Of a DNA stretch of 64,000 nucleotides, positions 27,337 to 37,035 are shown one piece after another. The position numbers were made by a program, and so were the translations under genes. A model generated the notes under the pieces. It saw only the letters and a list, made by a program, of their open reading frames with translations. It did no database searches and was not told the DNA's origin. Each line of letters begins with the position of its first letter. Positions within the stretch are counted from its first letter, which is position 1. Source of the DNA: a virus (taxonomy: Duplodnaviria; Caudoviricetes); IMG/VR virus record IMGVR_UViG_3300046739_000039, positions 47,672 through 111,671 of that record. One strand, written 5' to 3'.

Positions 27337-27605
27337 TACCGCTGGACAAGATGACAGTCCTTCCGATTGGTGATACGCTTGAGATCACATACTCTCGTAG
27401 CTGGGACCTTGCGGTTGTCCAGTATGAGAAGATGTCACTCTTCACCAGCATTAAGAAGGTTGTACCTCTGGACGCTGATCTAGAGGCTGTAGGAACTGAG
27501 ATCTCTGATAGACTTAACGAGATTCAGGGAGCTGACCTTAGTTGGGCACGCTCCATGTGTACAAACCGGGGATCGCTTATTACTAAGATCATCCCCAACC
27601 CGTAA
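27249..27605 (+). CDS. Hypothetical protein (start uncertain: 27249 or 27351)
   Basis: Purine-rich RBS before 27249; 88-nt overlap with previous gene. Confidence 0.55.
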   Translation: MAARQRKAPVGDDVSAEGTDTVSEPLADVVPLDKMTVLPIGDTLEITYSRSWDLAVVQYEKMSLFTSIKKVVPLDADLEAVGTEISDRLNEIQGADLSWARSMCTNRGSLITKIIPNP

Positions 27606-27656
27606 TAACCCTTTCTAATATGCCTAAGTGCATTCTTATAAGGAGCTAATAAATAT

Positions 27657-28439
27657 ATGGCTAAGATTTCCCGTACTCGCGCCACCACTGATGTTGACAC
27701 GTCCAACATGGATGTTCCGCACGATGTAGAGCGTGAGGCTTACAACACTGAGAAGGAAGACGCTCCTTCTCGTCCCGCTCGCACGGCTACTTCCTCTGCC
27801 GTATCTTCTGGTTGGGGTGCCAAGCAGGAAGAGCGCACTGAGACTGTCAAGGCTCCGATTCTGAAGCTGAAGGACAACGGTACTCGTATCCTCAAGCTTC
27901 TCGATGCGGCTCCGCCTGTCAAGTACAAGCGTCACTACATCAACTCTAAGAAGCGTTACTACACCTGCCTCCGTGAGGAGTGCCCGCTGTGCGCTCTGAC
28001 TCCGCCTGCTGGTCGTAAGAAGCTCCGCGCTTCCTGGACCTTTGTCATGAATGTTGTTGACATGGCGGATGATCCCACCGAAGTTAAGACCTGGACCTTT
28101 GGAACTGAGGTTTCTTCTCAGCTCCAGCAGCTTGCCGAGGATAAGTCCGAAACTCCTGAGAAGGCAAAGACCTTCCTCAGTGACAGCGGTTCTTACTTTG
28201 AGGTAAAGCACATCAAGGTTGCTGGTCGTGAGGCTCCTGGTACTAACGTGGCGTTCCTTCGCTCCCGTTACCTGATTGAAGAGCACTCCCTTGAGCCTCT
28301 GAATGAGGAAGAGCTTTACGATCTCGAAGAGGAGAAGTTCGGACCTGAGGTTGTGTACGTCAACACCCTTGACTACCTTGAGGATGTGGCATCTGAAGTT
28401 CAGACCACTGACTTCCAGGTTGGTACCACCCGAAGCTAA
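27657..28439 (+). CDS. Single-stranded DNA-binding protein (gp32-like)
   Basis: H.....YTC....CPLC Zn site, MNVVD, acidic C-terminal region; upstream of DNA polymerase. Confidence 0.65.
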   Translation: MAKISRTRATTDVDTSNMDVPHDVEREAYNTEKEDAPSRPARTATSSAVSSGWGAKQEERTETVKAPILKLKDNGTRILKLLDAAPPVKYKRHYINSKKRYYTCLREECPLCALTPPAGRKKLRASWTFVMNVVDMADDPTEVKTWTFGTEVSSQLQQLAEDKSETPEKAKTFLSDSGSYFEVKHIKVAGREAPGTNVAFLRSRYLIEEHSLEPLNEEELYDLEEEKFGPEVVYVNTLDYLEDVASEVQTTDFQVGTTRS

Positions 28440-28442
28440 GGC

Positions 28443-28493
28443 TTGACCACTGAAGGCCCTGACTGGTAGATTACAACTCCAGTCAGGGCCTTT
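28443..28493 (+). promoter_or_regulatory. Promoter overlapping an inverted repeat/terminator
   Basis: TTGACC-N18-TAGATT; IR GAAGGCCCTGACTGG / CCAGTCAGGGCCTTT with -10 in the loop. Confidence 0.6.
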
Positions 28494-28510
28494 CTACTTA
28501 GGAGGACACA

Positions 28511-28768
28511 GTGCCCGAAGGTATTTGGATGATCAGGTACTACACCTATGATGGTTGTTCGCGCCATGATCAGCATGATGTACAGTTTGCCTGGGAGTAT
28601 GAGACTGCCAAGGGTAAGCTTGACGAATGGTATAAGAAGGGCAAGCTTGATGGCTTTGAGTGGGAGTTTGACGGTAAAAACGACCACATTCTCATAAAGC
28701 GAGAGGGTCAGTACGGATTCTCCTATTACTTCATCGAGTTCCTGGCACCTGGAGAGGATATTGATTAA
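28511..28768 (+). CDS. Hypothetical protein
   Basis: AGGAGG + GTG. Confidence 0.65.
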   Translation: MPEGIWMIRYYTYDGCSRHDQHDVQFAWEYETAKGKLDEWYKKGKLDGFEWEFDGKNDHILIKREGQYGFSYYFIEFLAPGEDID

Positions 28769-30807
28769 TGGAAGGCGTAATCCTTACAGCAGAACAGCTT
28801 AGGAAGGAAGTCGAATACTTCCTTAAGCAGGACGCTTTTTCTTTCGACGTTGAATCTATGAACGGTGCGCTGCCTAATACTCGTGCTGTTCCTACTCAGA
28901 ATAGCGTGGTATGGATTGCTCTTTCTACCTATGGTCGTACCATTGCTATTCCGATGGGACATCCTAATGGTGATGTACTTCTCCAGAAGGCATATCGTAA
29001 GAAAGATCCTGAGACAAAGAAGTTTGTCAGCTATCCCAATATCTATGACGAACCACCTGAGCAGCTAAAGCCTAGTGTGGTATTCGAAATTCTGCGTCCG
29101 TTGTTCTTCAATCCATTCATTACGAAAATTGCTCACAACGAGACGTTCGATGTTATCTCCATTGCTAAATACTACGACAAGATTATTCCTGGTCCTTTCC
29201 AGGATACGATTGTGCAACAGTGGCTGTTGGATGAGAACATTGGGCAGATGGCATCTGGACCTAAGCGTCCATTCGGTAAGGGTCTGAAGACTCTCATCAA
29301 GTGGTACTACGAGGTTGACTATGATAAGGATGACGTAGGTAAGTGCATTGAGGCTCACCCGTTCTCATCTATCGCCCGGTACATCATGCTTGACGCTAGG
29401 TATGACTGGATGCTGTGGAGGAAGTTCTCCCCGAAGCTCCAGGAAGAGGCTCTAGGGCCCATCTCAGCGCTTGAAAACCAGGTGACGGAAGTCTGTAGCC
29501 AGATGGGCATGATCGGCGCCCCTGTGGACGTACAGGCGATTGAGGAGCTGAAGGTAGACCTCACTCGCAGGCTGGAAGTCATCGAAGCAAAGATCTATCG
29601 TGCTGCTGGTAAAGTATTCAACATTAACTCCAATATTCAGAAGCGCGATATTCTATTCGGTAAGAAGAAAGACGGAGGGCAAGCACTAAAGCCTATTAAG
29701 TTCTCCAAGAAAACCGGAGACCCTTCTACTGACGCAGAAACTCTTGAGAAGTATGTTGGAAACCCTGTAGTGGATGCCCTCCTGGAATACCAGGAGATGT
29801 CTAAGATTCTCAATACATATGTCATCGGTTATATTGGTGATGAGGAGAATGGAAAACCCTGTCGTATCTTTGACGGGCGCATTCACACTGATCTGGTTCA
29901 GTACGGTACTGTTACTGGTCGATTCTCTTCAAGGGAACCGAACCTTCAGAACATTCCCAGACCTGATACAGATTTGGGTAAGAAGATCCGTGGTTTGTTC
30001 ATGGCTCCGGTAGGGTATAGACTTCTCGTAGCTGACTATGGTCAGATGGAGCTTCGTATTCTGGCATCCATGATTGGCTATGGTGGTCTGTACGATGGTT
30101 TCCAGGCAGGGATTGACGCGCACACTCAGACAGCAGCGCTTGTCTACGGTGTACCTGTTGAAGAGGTAGAGAAATGGCAGAGAAGTGTTGCCAAGACTCT
30201 GAACTTTGCTATTGTTTATGGTGCTCAGAAGGCAAAGATTGCAAAGACTCTTAACATCACTGTTGAAGAGGCTGAGGAACTGCTGGAGAATCACCGTAAT
30301 GCATTCCCTGAAATCTATAAGTTCAAGGATTACATTCTCAAGCTTGCCAAGGGTCGCAAGACTGACCCTCACGTTCGTACCCTCATGGGGCGCAAGCGTC
30401 GGGTGTGGGAAGTTCTTCCTGAGGTAGCACGCAAGGAAGCTTCACGTCTTGAGTGGTACGATCCTTCACAGCCGTGGAGGGCAGAGCGTTCCATCCTCGC
30501 ACGTGGTGAGCGTCAGGTTATCAACTCCCTGGTTCAGGGAAGCCTTGGCGATATCATCAAGCTTGCAATGGTACGGATGCATAGGCTACTATCAGAAGAT
30601 GCACTGAAGAATCCAGGTCGAGAGATCCATATGATTCTTTCGGTACACGATGAGCTTGTTATCCTCTGTCCTGAAGACAGAACAGAGGAAGGTTCAGCAA
30701 TGCTTAAGGAAGCTATGCTAGGTACTGAGGTTCAGGATCTTGTCAAGGTTCCTCTGGACGTTGGCGACGTCGTTGTCTGTCAGCGCTGGAGTGAGGCAAA
30801 GGAGTGA
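28768..30807 (+). CDS. polA: DNA polymerase, family A, with 3'-5' exonuclease
   Basis: FDVES, AHN..FD; TGRFSSREPNLQNIP; ADYGQMELR (A), R..AKTLNFAIVYG (B), VHDELV (C). Confidence 0.95.
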   Translation: MEGVILTAEQLRKEVEYFLKQDAFSFDVESMNGALPNTRAVPTQNSVVWIALSTYGRTIAIPMGHPNGDVLLQKAYRKKDPETKKFVSYPNIYDEPPEQLKPSVVFEILRPLFFNPFITKIAHNETFDVISIAKYYDKIIPGPFQDTIVQQWLLDENIGQMASGPKRPFGKGLKTLIKWYYEVDYDKDDVGKCIEAHPFSSIARYIMLDARYDWMLWRKFSPKLQEEALGPISALENQVTEVCSQMGMIGAPVDVQAIEELKVDLTRRLEVIEAKIYRAAGKVFNINSNIQKRDILFGKKKDGGQALKPIKFSKKTGDPSTDAETLEKYVGNPVVDALLEYQEMSKILNTYVIGYIGDEENGKPCRIFDGRIHTDLVQYGTVTGRFSSREPNLQNIPRPDTDLGKKIRGLFMAPVGYRLLVADYGQMELRILASMIGYGGLYDGFQAGIDAHTQTAALVYGVPVEEVEKWQRSVAKTLNFAIVYGAQKAKIAKTLNITVEEAEELLENHRNAFPEIYKFKDYILKLAKGRKTDPHVRTLMGRKRRVWEVLPEVARKEASRLEWYDPSQPWRAERSILARGERQVINSLVQGSLGDIIKLAMVRMHRLLSEDALKNPGREIHMILSVHDELVILCPEDRTEEGSAMLKEAMLGTEVQDLVKVPLDVGDVVVCQRWSEAKE

Positions 30808-30811
30808 CGAG

Positions 30812-30958
30812 ATGCATCGTCAACCAGCTAGCCCCAATAAACCCTGCAAGGTAACCATGAATGGCGCCCACCAATGGGCTAGTCTTAGAACTAGAGAGTG
30901 GCGTAAGAGCACGGTTACCATGTGTTGGATTTGCGGAGCTAGAAAAGCAAAGGAGTAA
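30812..30958 (+). CDS. Small hypothetical protein (C..H..CxxC)
   Basis: AAGGAG + ATG 30812. Confidence 0.45.
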   Translation: MHRQPASPNKPCKVTMNGAHQWASLRTREWRKSTVTMCWICGARKAKE

Positions 30959-30959
30959 T

Positions 30960-31403
30960 ATGTTAGATCCGTTTGAAGAGGTTTCGCCTGTCGCACCTAT
31001 GGACCCGTGGCAGGCGCTAACCACTGAGCTTTCCCGCTCAATGATGTGGGACATGATTGGTCCTACTCGCATGCACAATGAGCCGGTTAGGTATGGTCAA
31101 CAGCCTGCCAGTCCTGATGTCCTTGAGGCAGAGGGTAAAGAGATGTGGGCGCGCAAGCATTCCATGCTCCCCTTTGGTATGGACTTCTCTTTGCTGTGTT
31201 ATATGGCAGCGGAATCTGCATCCCTAGCACTGATAAAGAATGACGATACACTCAGCGAATTGCCTGATGAAGAAAAGCTCAAATTCAGGATTCATAATGT
31301 GAAATTGGGAACAGCTATTGCAGAAACAGTTGTCTCTCATATGCTACAAAAGGGACTAATACAATACGGAGAAGTAGATGAGTTTTTGGGCGAACAAACT
31401 TAA
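30960..31403 (+). CDS. Hypothetical protein
   Basis: AAGGAG + ATG 30960. Confidence 0.65.
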   Translation: MLDPFEEVSPVAPMDPWQALTTELSRSMMWDMIGPTRMHNEPVRYGQQPASPDVLEAEGKEMWARKHSMLPFGMDFSLLCYMAAESASLALIKNDDTLSELPDEEKLKFRIHNVKLGTAIAETVVSHMLQKGLIQYGEVDEFLGEQT

Positions 31404-31779
31404 TGGTGAACAAGTAAAGCCGACTACACCCCCTTCAAGGGATTTATATCCGGTCTACAACTCACCCAATATACCCCCAGTAACTCCACAAGCTCAGAGT
31501 ATCCCTAACCAGGAGTACACACCCAGCGTCCGCCTTAAGGAAGGTGGGCGCTGTCCTGGCTGTGGGAGTGATAAGTACATGACACACGGATCATATGCTA
31601 TCGCTTGTGGAGAATGCGGATACCATCCGCGCTTTGAACAGTCTGGTTATGGAGAGAGAAGTCTCCAGACAAAGCCAGGAGAAGCAACAGCAGCACGTCA
31701 GGCTGGAGACAGTCAGACTATGCAGAGTGCTATTGCCACCCTTAATGCGGGTGGCGGAGACCATATCGGAAATATATAA
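31378..31779 (+). CDS. Zinc-ribbon protein
   Basis: CPGCGS..Y......CGECGY.PRF.QSG. Confidence 0.65.
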   Translation: MSFWANKLNGEQVKPTTPPSRDLYPVYNSPNIPPVTPQAQSIPNQEYTPSVRLKEGGRCPGCGSDKYMTHGSYAIACGECGYHPRFEQSGYGERSLQTKPGEATAARQAGDSQTMQSAIATLNAGGGDHIGNI

Positions 31780-31807
31780 ACCACTCATCCCAGCGGAGTA
31801 ATATAAC

Positions 31808-33739
31808 GTGTCTAATTCTATGAGCCCATACCAAAGTTTTATTGCGATTTCTCGATACGCCCGCTGGGATGAAGAGAATCAACGTAGAGAATTCTGGGAG
31901 GAAAGTGCAGATAGATATCTGACTTTCCTTTCAGAGCATGCGCTTAATAACTATCACTATGACATGACTAACGACATGCCATTTCTTAGAGAGAAGTTTG
32001 TAGGACTGGAAGCACTGGGTTCAATGCGAGCCCTGATGACTGCTGGTCTGGCACTGGAGAGATCTAACATTGCAGGATACAACTGTTCTTACCTGCCTAT
32101 TGATGATGTAGTTGCATTCGATGAGCTGCTTTACATTCTCATGAATGGAACTGGTGTAGGTTTCTCTGTAGAAAAGAAGTACGTAGATAAACTACCTGTA
32201 GTAGGAGCAGAGACAGATCTCCGCACCCTTGATTTCCATGTGGTTGTAGAGGACTCCAAGGAGGGTTGGGCAAAGGCTCTGAGAGCCGTTGTAAAGACCT
32301 TGTACGTAGGACTGAAGCCCACGTGGGATGTCAGTGGTGTTCGCCCCGCAGGCAGCCGTCTGAAGACGTTTGGAGGGCGTTCCAGCGGACCTGAGCCACT
32401 GGTAGAACTCTTTGAGTTCATCTCTAAGATTTTCCTTAACGCTGTGGGACGCAAGTTGACGACTCTAGAAGTATTCGATATCGTATGTAAGATTGCCGCT
32501 GTTGTAGTAGTGGGTGGCGTACGTCGCTCTGCTCTGATTGCTCTGACTGATCTTGATGACCAGGATCTAGCTACCGCTAAGTCGGGGGAGTGGTATGTTG
32601 AGCACGACTACCGTGGACTGGCAAATGTCTCTGCGGTATACAATGAACGTCCTATTCAATCTGCTTTCATGCAGGAATGGAAGAATATTTATGACTCAAA
32701 GTCCGGAGAACGAGGAATCTTCAACAGAGAAGCTTCCCAGAAGCAAGCCGCTAAGTACGGTAGACGAGATCCATCAATTGATTACGGAACGAATCCTTGC
32801 TCAGAAATTATCCTCAGACCTTTCCAATTTTGCAACCTTTCCACAGTTGTAGTACGCTCTGACGATACGCTTCCTCAGCTATTGGAAAAGATTCAAGCGG
32901 CCACTGTATTTGGAACTGTTCAGTCAACCCTTACAGATTTTAATTACCTACGTCCTATCTGGAAGCAGAATACCGAGGAGGAAAGACTCCTAGGTGTTTC
33001 CATGACAGGACAGCTAGCCCACCCTGTATTGAATGGTTCTCAGGGTAAGGAGCTAATGAATCTATGGCTTACTGCTCTTCGTGGTATCGCTACCATTACC
33101 AATGAGAATTGGGCTGCTCGTCTTGGCATCAACCCTTCCGCTGCTGTAACCTGTGTAAAGCCTGAGGGTACTACCTCTCAGCTTGCCAACGCAGCATCAG
33201 GAATGCATACTTGGCGTGCCAAGTTTTACAAGCGTCGCGTTCGTGCGGATAAGAAGGACCCACTGACCAGACTGATGATGGATGCAGGCGTACCAAATGA
33301 GCAGGATGTTATGAACGCTTCTGCAATGGTATTCTCCTTCCCAATCAAGGCTCCTGAAGGTGCTCTTACACGTAATGACTTGACAGCCACACAGCATCTT
33401 GATCTATGGCTGGCATATCAGCGACACTTTACAGATCACAAGCCTTCCGTTACTATTTCAGTCAAGGAAGACGAGTGGCTGCCAACAGCCGCTTGGGTAT
33501 GGGAAAACTTTGATGAGATTTCTGGAGTAGCATTCCTTCCAGACTCTGATCACGTTTACCAGCAGGCTCCATACGAGGACTTGACAGAAGAACAGTACAA
33601 CGATATGGTTCAGGACATGCCAGAGTACATCCCTTGGGAAGACCTGAGCTGGTACGAATTGTTCGATCAGACAGTTGGATCACAGACTCTAGCCTGTACA
33701 GCAGACGGAGGATGTGAGACAGTAGATCTAGTCTCATAG
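31808..33739 (+). CDS. nrdJ: Class II (adenosylcobalamin-dependent) ribonucleotide reductase
   Basis: SMRALMTAG, YNCSY, GTGVGFSVE, VVVGGVRRSALI, GTNPCSEI, FCNLS, TCVKPEGT, C-terminal CTADGGC; no small subunit nearby. Confidence 0.92.
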   Translation: MSNSMSPYQSFIAISRYARWDEENQRREFWEESADRYLTFLSEHALNNYHYDMTNDMPFLREKFVGLEALGSMRALMTAGLALERSNIAGYNCSYLPIDDVVAFDELLYILMNGTGVGFSVEKKYVDKLPVVGAETDLRTLDFHVVVEDSKEGWAKALRAVVKTLYVGLKPTWDVSGVRPAGSRLKTFGGRSSGPEPLVELFEFISKIFLNAVGRKLTTLEVFDIVCKIAAVVVVGGVRRSALIALTDLDDQDLATAKSGEWYVEHDYRGLANVSAVYNERPIQSAFMQEWKNIYDSKSGERGIFNREASQKQAAKYGRRDPSIDYGTNPCSEIILRPFQFCNLSTVVVRSDDTLPQLLEKIQAATVFGTVQSTLTDFNYLRPIWKQNTEEERLLGVSMTGQLAHPVLNGSQGKELMNLWLTALRGIATITNENWAARLGINPSAAVTCVKPEGTTSQLANAASGMHTWRAKFYKRRVRADKKDPLTRLMMDAGVPNEQDVMNASAMVFSFPIKAPEGALTRNDLTATQHLDLWLAYQRHFTDHKPSVTISVKEDEWLPTAAWVWENFDEISGVAFLPDSDHVYQQAPYEDLTEEQYNDMVQDMPEYIPWEDLSWYELFDQTVGSQTLACTADGGCETVDLVS

Positions 33740-33746
33740 GAGAGAC

Positions 33747-33872
33747 ATGGAAATTGTGTTGTTCTTTATGGGTTTGTTCGGTCTGCTTGGTGTGATATTC
33801 TCGTGGCCACTCGTGGCCGTGTGGATTATCCTGTTGTTCGTTGGCTGGGGCGTTCTCGTAATCGATCTCTGA
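33747..33872 (+). CDS. Small membrane protein (41 aa, not in track)
   Basis: AGGAG RBS; MEIVLFFMGLFGLLGVIFSWPLVAVWIILLFVGWGVLVIDL. Confidence 0.55.
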   Translation: MEIVLFFMGLFGLLGVIFSWPLVAVWIILLFVGWGVLVIDL

Positions 33873-33881
33873 GGAGAAGAA

Positions 33882-34016
33882 ATGCTTAAGGAACACTGGC
33901 AGGATCTGAGTGACAACTTCTACAACAACTACATGAAGATCAAGCTGTTCTTCTTCATGTTTGAGTACGTCAAGGCAACTGGTGATTACAACGCGCTGGA
34001 GCTGCTGTACGGATAA
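33882..34016 (+). CDS. Small hypothetical protein (44 aa, not in track)
   Basis: GAGGAG RBS; MLKEHWQDLSDNFYNNYMKIKLFFFMFEYVKATGDYNALELLYG. Confidence 0.5.
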   Translation: MLKEHWQDLSDNFYNNYMKIKLFFFMFEYVKATGDYNALELLYG

Positions 34017-34019
34017 GGC

Positions 34020-34075
34020 TAGACAATGTCAGTAGGGCCTGATAGAGTAACTTCTATCGGGCCCTACGCTATTTT
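34020..34075 (+). promoter_or_regulatory. Promoter overlapping an inverted repeat upstream of the recA-like gene
   Basis: TAGACA-N17-TAGAGT; IR GTAGGGCCTGATAGA / TCTATCGGGCCCTAC. Confidence 0.5.
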
Positions 34076-34085
34076 GGGAGATAGA

Positions 34086-35129
34086 TTGAACGACGAGTTA
34101 AAGACCTTTCTGGCTAAGATGAACAAGCAATTGGAGAAGGACAACAAGCCTCTCCTTATGACTGCATCTGATATACCAGCAATTAAGAAGTTCACTTCAG
34201 GGCTACTAGCATTAGACGTTGCTCTTGGTGGAGGATGGCCAGGGAACAAGTGGGTAGAGGTATACGGTAAGGAAAGTAACGGTAAGACTTCCATCATTCT
34301 CAATACTATTGCCGCTAATCAGGCATTAGATCCTAACTTCACAACCTTCTGGTGTGCCTCAGAGTATTTCGATCCTGATTGGGCTACCCAGAACGGTGTA
34401 GACGTCTCACGTGTTGTTGTATTTGATACAAATAACATGGAGACTGCCTACCAAATGATTATTGACGCTGTTGCGTCTCAGCAATTCGACTGTCACGTTC
34501 TCGACTCTTACCCTGCGCTCGCTGCTGGTGAGGAGATTGAAAAGGGAATGGATCAGAACTCTATGGCACTAGGTGCTAGACGTACTGGTCAGTTCTTCCG
34601 TAAGATTGAGGGATATTACTCTAATGACAGACCCTATATTGGCTTCTTTGTTAATCAGTTACGTGATGCAATCGGGTCTTTCTCCTCTTACGGAACTCCT
34701 ACGACAACGCCGGGCGGAAAGGCGAAGAATTACTTCTTCTACCAGCGTGTACTTATCTCCCGAGATGAGTTCATTGAGGAGAAGGTGGAGGGTCAAGGCA
34801 AGGTAAAGGTTGGACAGACTAACAAGTACCTGCTAGAAAAGAATAAGGCAGCAGCCCCTAAGTCTGTGGCTATGGGAGACTTCTACTTCCTCCCTTCGGA
34901 GAAGGGATTCCAGCCTGGAGAGTTTGACACCACCAAGGACATCATTACTATGGCTGTCCTGTTCAAGGTGATCAAGCGTGCTGGTGCGTGGTTCAGCTAC
35001 GTCACTGAGGATGGAGAAGAATTCAAGTGGCAAGGCAGAGATCCAATGGTTGCCGATATTCGTAGTAATCTAGACCTTAAGGAAGAAATCTTCCGCTTAA
35101 CTTTGGATATCGCTACTAAAAAGGATTAA
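34086..35129 (+). CDS. recA: RecA/UvsX-like recombinase
   Basis: TSGLLALDVALGGGWP; EVYGKESNGKT; VLDS; NQLRD; TTPGGKA; G.WF.Y; WQG; GGGAG + TTG 34086. Confidence 0.9.
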   Translation: MNDELKTFLAKMNKQLEKDNKPLLMTASDIPAIKKFTSGLLALDVALGGGWPGNKWVEVYGKESNGKTSIILNTIAANQALDPNFTTFWCASEYFDPDWATQNGVDVSRVVVFDTNNMETAYQMIIDAVASQQFDCHVLDSYPALAAGEEIEKGMDQNSMALGARRTGQFFRKIEGYYSNDRPYIGFFVNQLRDAIGSFSSYGTPTTTPGGKAKNYFFYQRVLISRDEFIEEKVEGQGKVKVGQTNKYLLEKNKAAAPKSVAMGDFYFLPSEKGFQPGEFDTTKDIITMAVLFKVIKRAGAWFSYVTEDGEEFKWQGRDPMVADIRSNLDLKEEIFRLTLDIATKKD

Positions 35130-35130
35130 T

Positions 35131-35514
35131 ATGACCATCACAGGCGCGAAATTAATTACCGTAACAGGTAAGTACATTAATTTCGTCAGTGGTGCAGGAG
35201 AGAACGGTACGGTACAGTTCATCCCGTCCGTACCGTCTCTTTCTGACGCTGCTGACGATCAGTTCTTGACAGTCCCACCCCTGGTTGCTATTCTTCCAGG
35301 GTCGATAGGGGGTAGCCCGAACAGCAGTGGTCCGGGTACCTTCAGCATCACCCTACCGTGCACAGACAATGACGAGTTGCACCCTGGTGGTTTTACCTAT
35401 ACCATCATCGAACGAGTAAGCAACATGGCCAACCGCACAACCAAGGGCGTGTTGATTCCTTCAACTCTAGGTGCTACGGTAGACCTGACAACGGTACTGG
35501 CACCGTACATTTAA
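35131..35514 (+). CDS. Stand-alone tail-protein-like N-terminal domain
   Basis: VTGKY....G....GTV.F.P...G.FSITLP.TD...L.P.G.TYT.IE resembles N-termini of actinophage tail proteins. Confidence 0.45.
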   Translation: MTITGAKLITVTGKYINFVSGAGENGTVQFIPSVPSLSDAADDQFLTVPPLVAILPGSIGGSPNSSGPGTFSITLPCTDNDELHPGGFTYTIIERVSNMANRTTKGVLIPSTLGATVDLTTVLAPYI

Positions 35515-35529
35515 TCAAAGGAGATAGCA

Positions 35530-36150
35530 GTGGAGTTCAAGTCTTGGCCTAGCATCCCGCGCATGAGCAAGGAGCGTGTGGTTGTCACGGAGAAGCTTGA
35601 TGGTTCTAATTCAGCGGTCCGTATTCGTCCTTTCGATATCGATGAGGACCGTTCTATGCAGGTCGACACTGTCTCTATCGACGGTGACCTGTACACCGTG
35701 TGGGCTCAGTCCCGTAAGCGTCTTCTCCAGCCCACGAAGGAGGGTGACAACTTCGGTTTCGCTCGCTGGGTTCATGAGAATGCACCTGCTCTCGTCCGTG
35801 TATTGGGTCCTGGAGACCACTACGGCGAGTGGTGGGGTCAGGGTATCCAGCGCGGCTACGGGCTCACTGAGAAGCGATTCAGCCTCTTCAATGCGCCCCG
35901 TTGGTTCGAGTTCCTTCACCCTACTGAGGCTCGCTCAGAGGTTGACAACCTGTACACCGTTCCTACACTGTTCATGGGTCAGTTCTACGATCTGAATGTC
36001 GGTGAGCTTCGTCAGGATCTTATCGACAACGGTTCGAAGGCTGCACCTGGCTTTAGGTCGGAGGGCATGGTAGTGTACCTCCGAGAGGTGAACGCATCAT
36101 ACAAGGTGCTTCTGGAGAACGATGACATCCACAAGTGGGAGACTAAGTAA
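35530..36150 (+). CDS. RNA ligase (Rnl2-like nucleotidyltransferase domain)
   Basis: VVTEKLDGSN (motif I), AQSR, DNFGFA, YGEWWG.GIQ, SEG.V, K.L. Confidence 0.8.
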   Translation: MEFKSWPSIPRMSKERVVVTEKLDGSNSAVRIRPFDIDEDRSMQVDTVSIDGDLYTVWAQSRKRLLQPTKEGDNFGFARWVHENAPALVRVLGPGDHYGEWWGQGIQRGYGLTEKRFSLFNAPRWFEFLHPTEARSEVDNLYTVPTLFMGQFYDLNVGELRQDLIDNGSKAAPGFRSEGMVVYLREVNASYKVLLENDDIHKWETK

Positions 36151-36564
36151 ATGATTACCCGTAAGACTATCGCGGCTGCTGTCGCTGCACTCACCATTGG
36201 TATTACCGCAACAGCATGTAGCAGTGAGGCTGACGTTGCTTCGGACAACGTATCCAAGGCTGCTGATCACTTCCAGGTCAACCGTCGTATTATTGTGATC
36301 AATGGTATTACCGACAAGTACCTGATGGTTATCACTGGAGCTTGCTCCATCAACATTGATGACCCGAAGAATCTCGTGACGACATGTAAGACCAGTCCGG
36401 GGCATTACCTGAAGTTTTACGCTGGACTTTCTGACAATGTCACGTACACTGTGGAGCAGGGCGCTCCTGTCAAGGTGAGTGGCTACCACTACAAGGTAGT
36501 CTTCCGCCCGGAAACCCTTCTGCCTGACCCTGATTTCCAGGGAAGTTCAGACGAAGGTAAGTAA
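36151..36564 (+). CDS. Lipoprotein
   Basis: Lipobox ATAC; ADVAS.N.SKAAD.F.V.RRI..INGITD.Y. Confidence 0.75.
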   Translation: MITRKTIAAAVAALTIGITATACSSEADVASDNVSKAADHFQVNRRIIVINGITDKYLMVITGACSINIDDPKNLVTTCKTSPGHYLKFYAGLSDNVTYTVEQGAPVKVSGYHYKVVFRPETLLPDPDFQGSSDEGK

Positions 36565-36642
36565 CACCTGGCCGGTACTCTTTATGGGTACCGGCCTTAG
36601 GTGGTGCAAGGATAATTAATTCCTATCAGGAGGCAATACATA

Positions 36643-36903
36643 ATGCTTATCACGGGTATCATCGCGGGTGGAATTGTCTACGCGATTGGTTTCTTCACCT
36701 CTCTTGCTGACGTTCTCGACAACGGCAAGAGCCTCAAGGAGTACCGTGCAAAGTATGGGCACGACCTTGGTCTGATCGCGTGTGGTTTCTCTCGCGGCTT
36801 CGTGACTGTGGGTTGGCCTGCGTTTGGGGGCATCAAGTTTGGTGTTGGTGTCATTCGTGACCTGATCAAGCTTGCTCTTGGCCACAAGGAAGTTTCTAAG
36901 TAA
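36643..36903 (+). CDS. Membrane protein
   Basis: AGGAGG RBS; hydrophobic segments. Confidence 0.6.
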   Translation: MLITGIIAGGIVYAIGFFTSLADVLDNGKSLKEYRAKYGHDLGLIACGFSRGFVTVGWPAFGGIKFGVGVIRDLIKLALGHKEVSK

Positions 36904-36912
36904 GGATTAACA

Positions 36913-37035
36913 ATGGGAGTGAAGTTTACCTGCCCCCTGTGTGATGGAAAATTCAGTACATCAGAAGCACTGACAAACCATATGAATAGCTGTTCATATC
37001 CAAAGGACAAGCGAAAGGGTGGCAATGGGAAGTAA
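36913..37035 (+). CDS. 40-aa C2HC/C2H2-type zinc-finger micro-protein (not in track)
   Basis: MGVKFTCPLCDGKFSTSEALTNHMNSCSYPKDKRKGGNGK; AAGGA RBS. Confidence 0.6.
   Translation: MGVKFTCPLCDGKFSTSEALTNHMNSCSYPKDKRKGGNGK

Noticed and set aside
28768-33739. Inteins or introns in DNA polymerase or RNR
   Set aside because: Both ORFs are continuous, of ordinary length, and lack intein splice motifs.
34026-34085. N-terminal extension of RecA in the ORF track
   Set aside because: It overlaps a promoter/hairpin; GGGAG plus TTG at 34086 is the better start.
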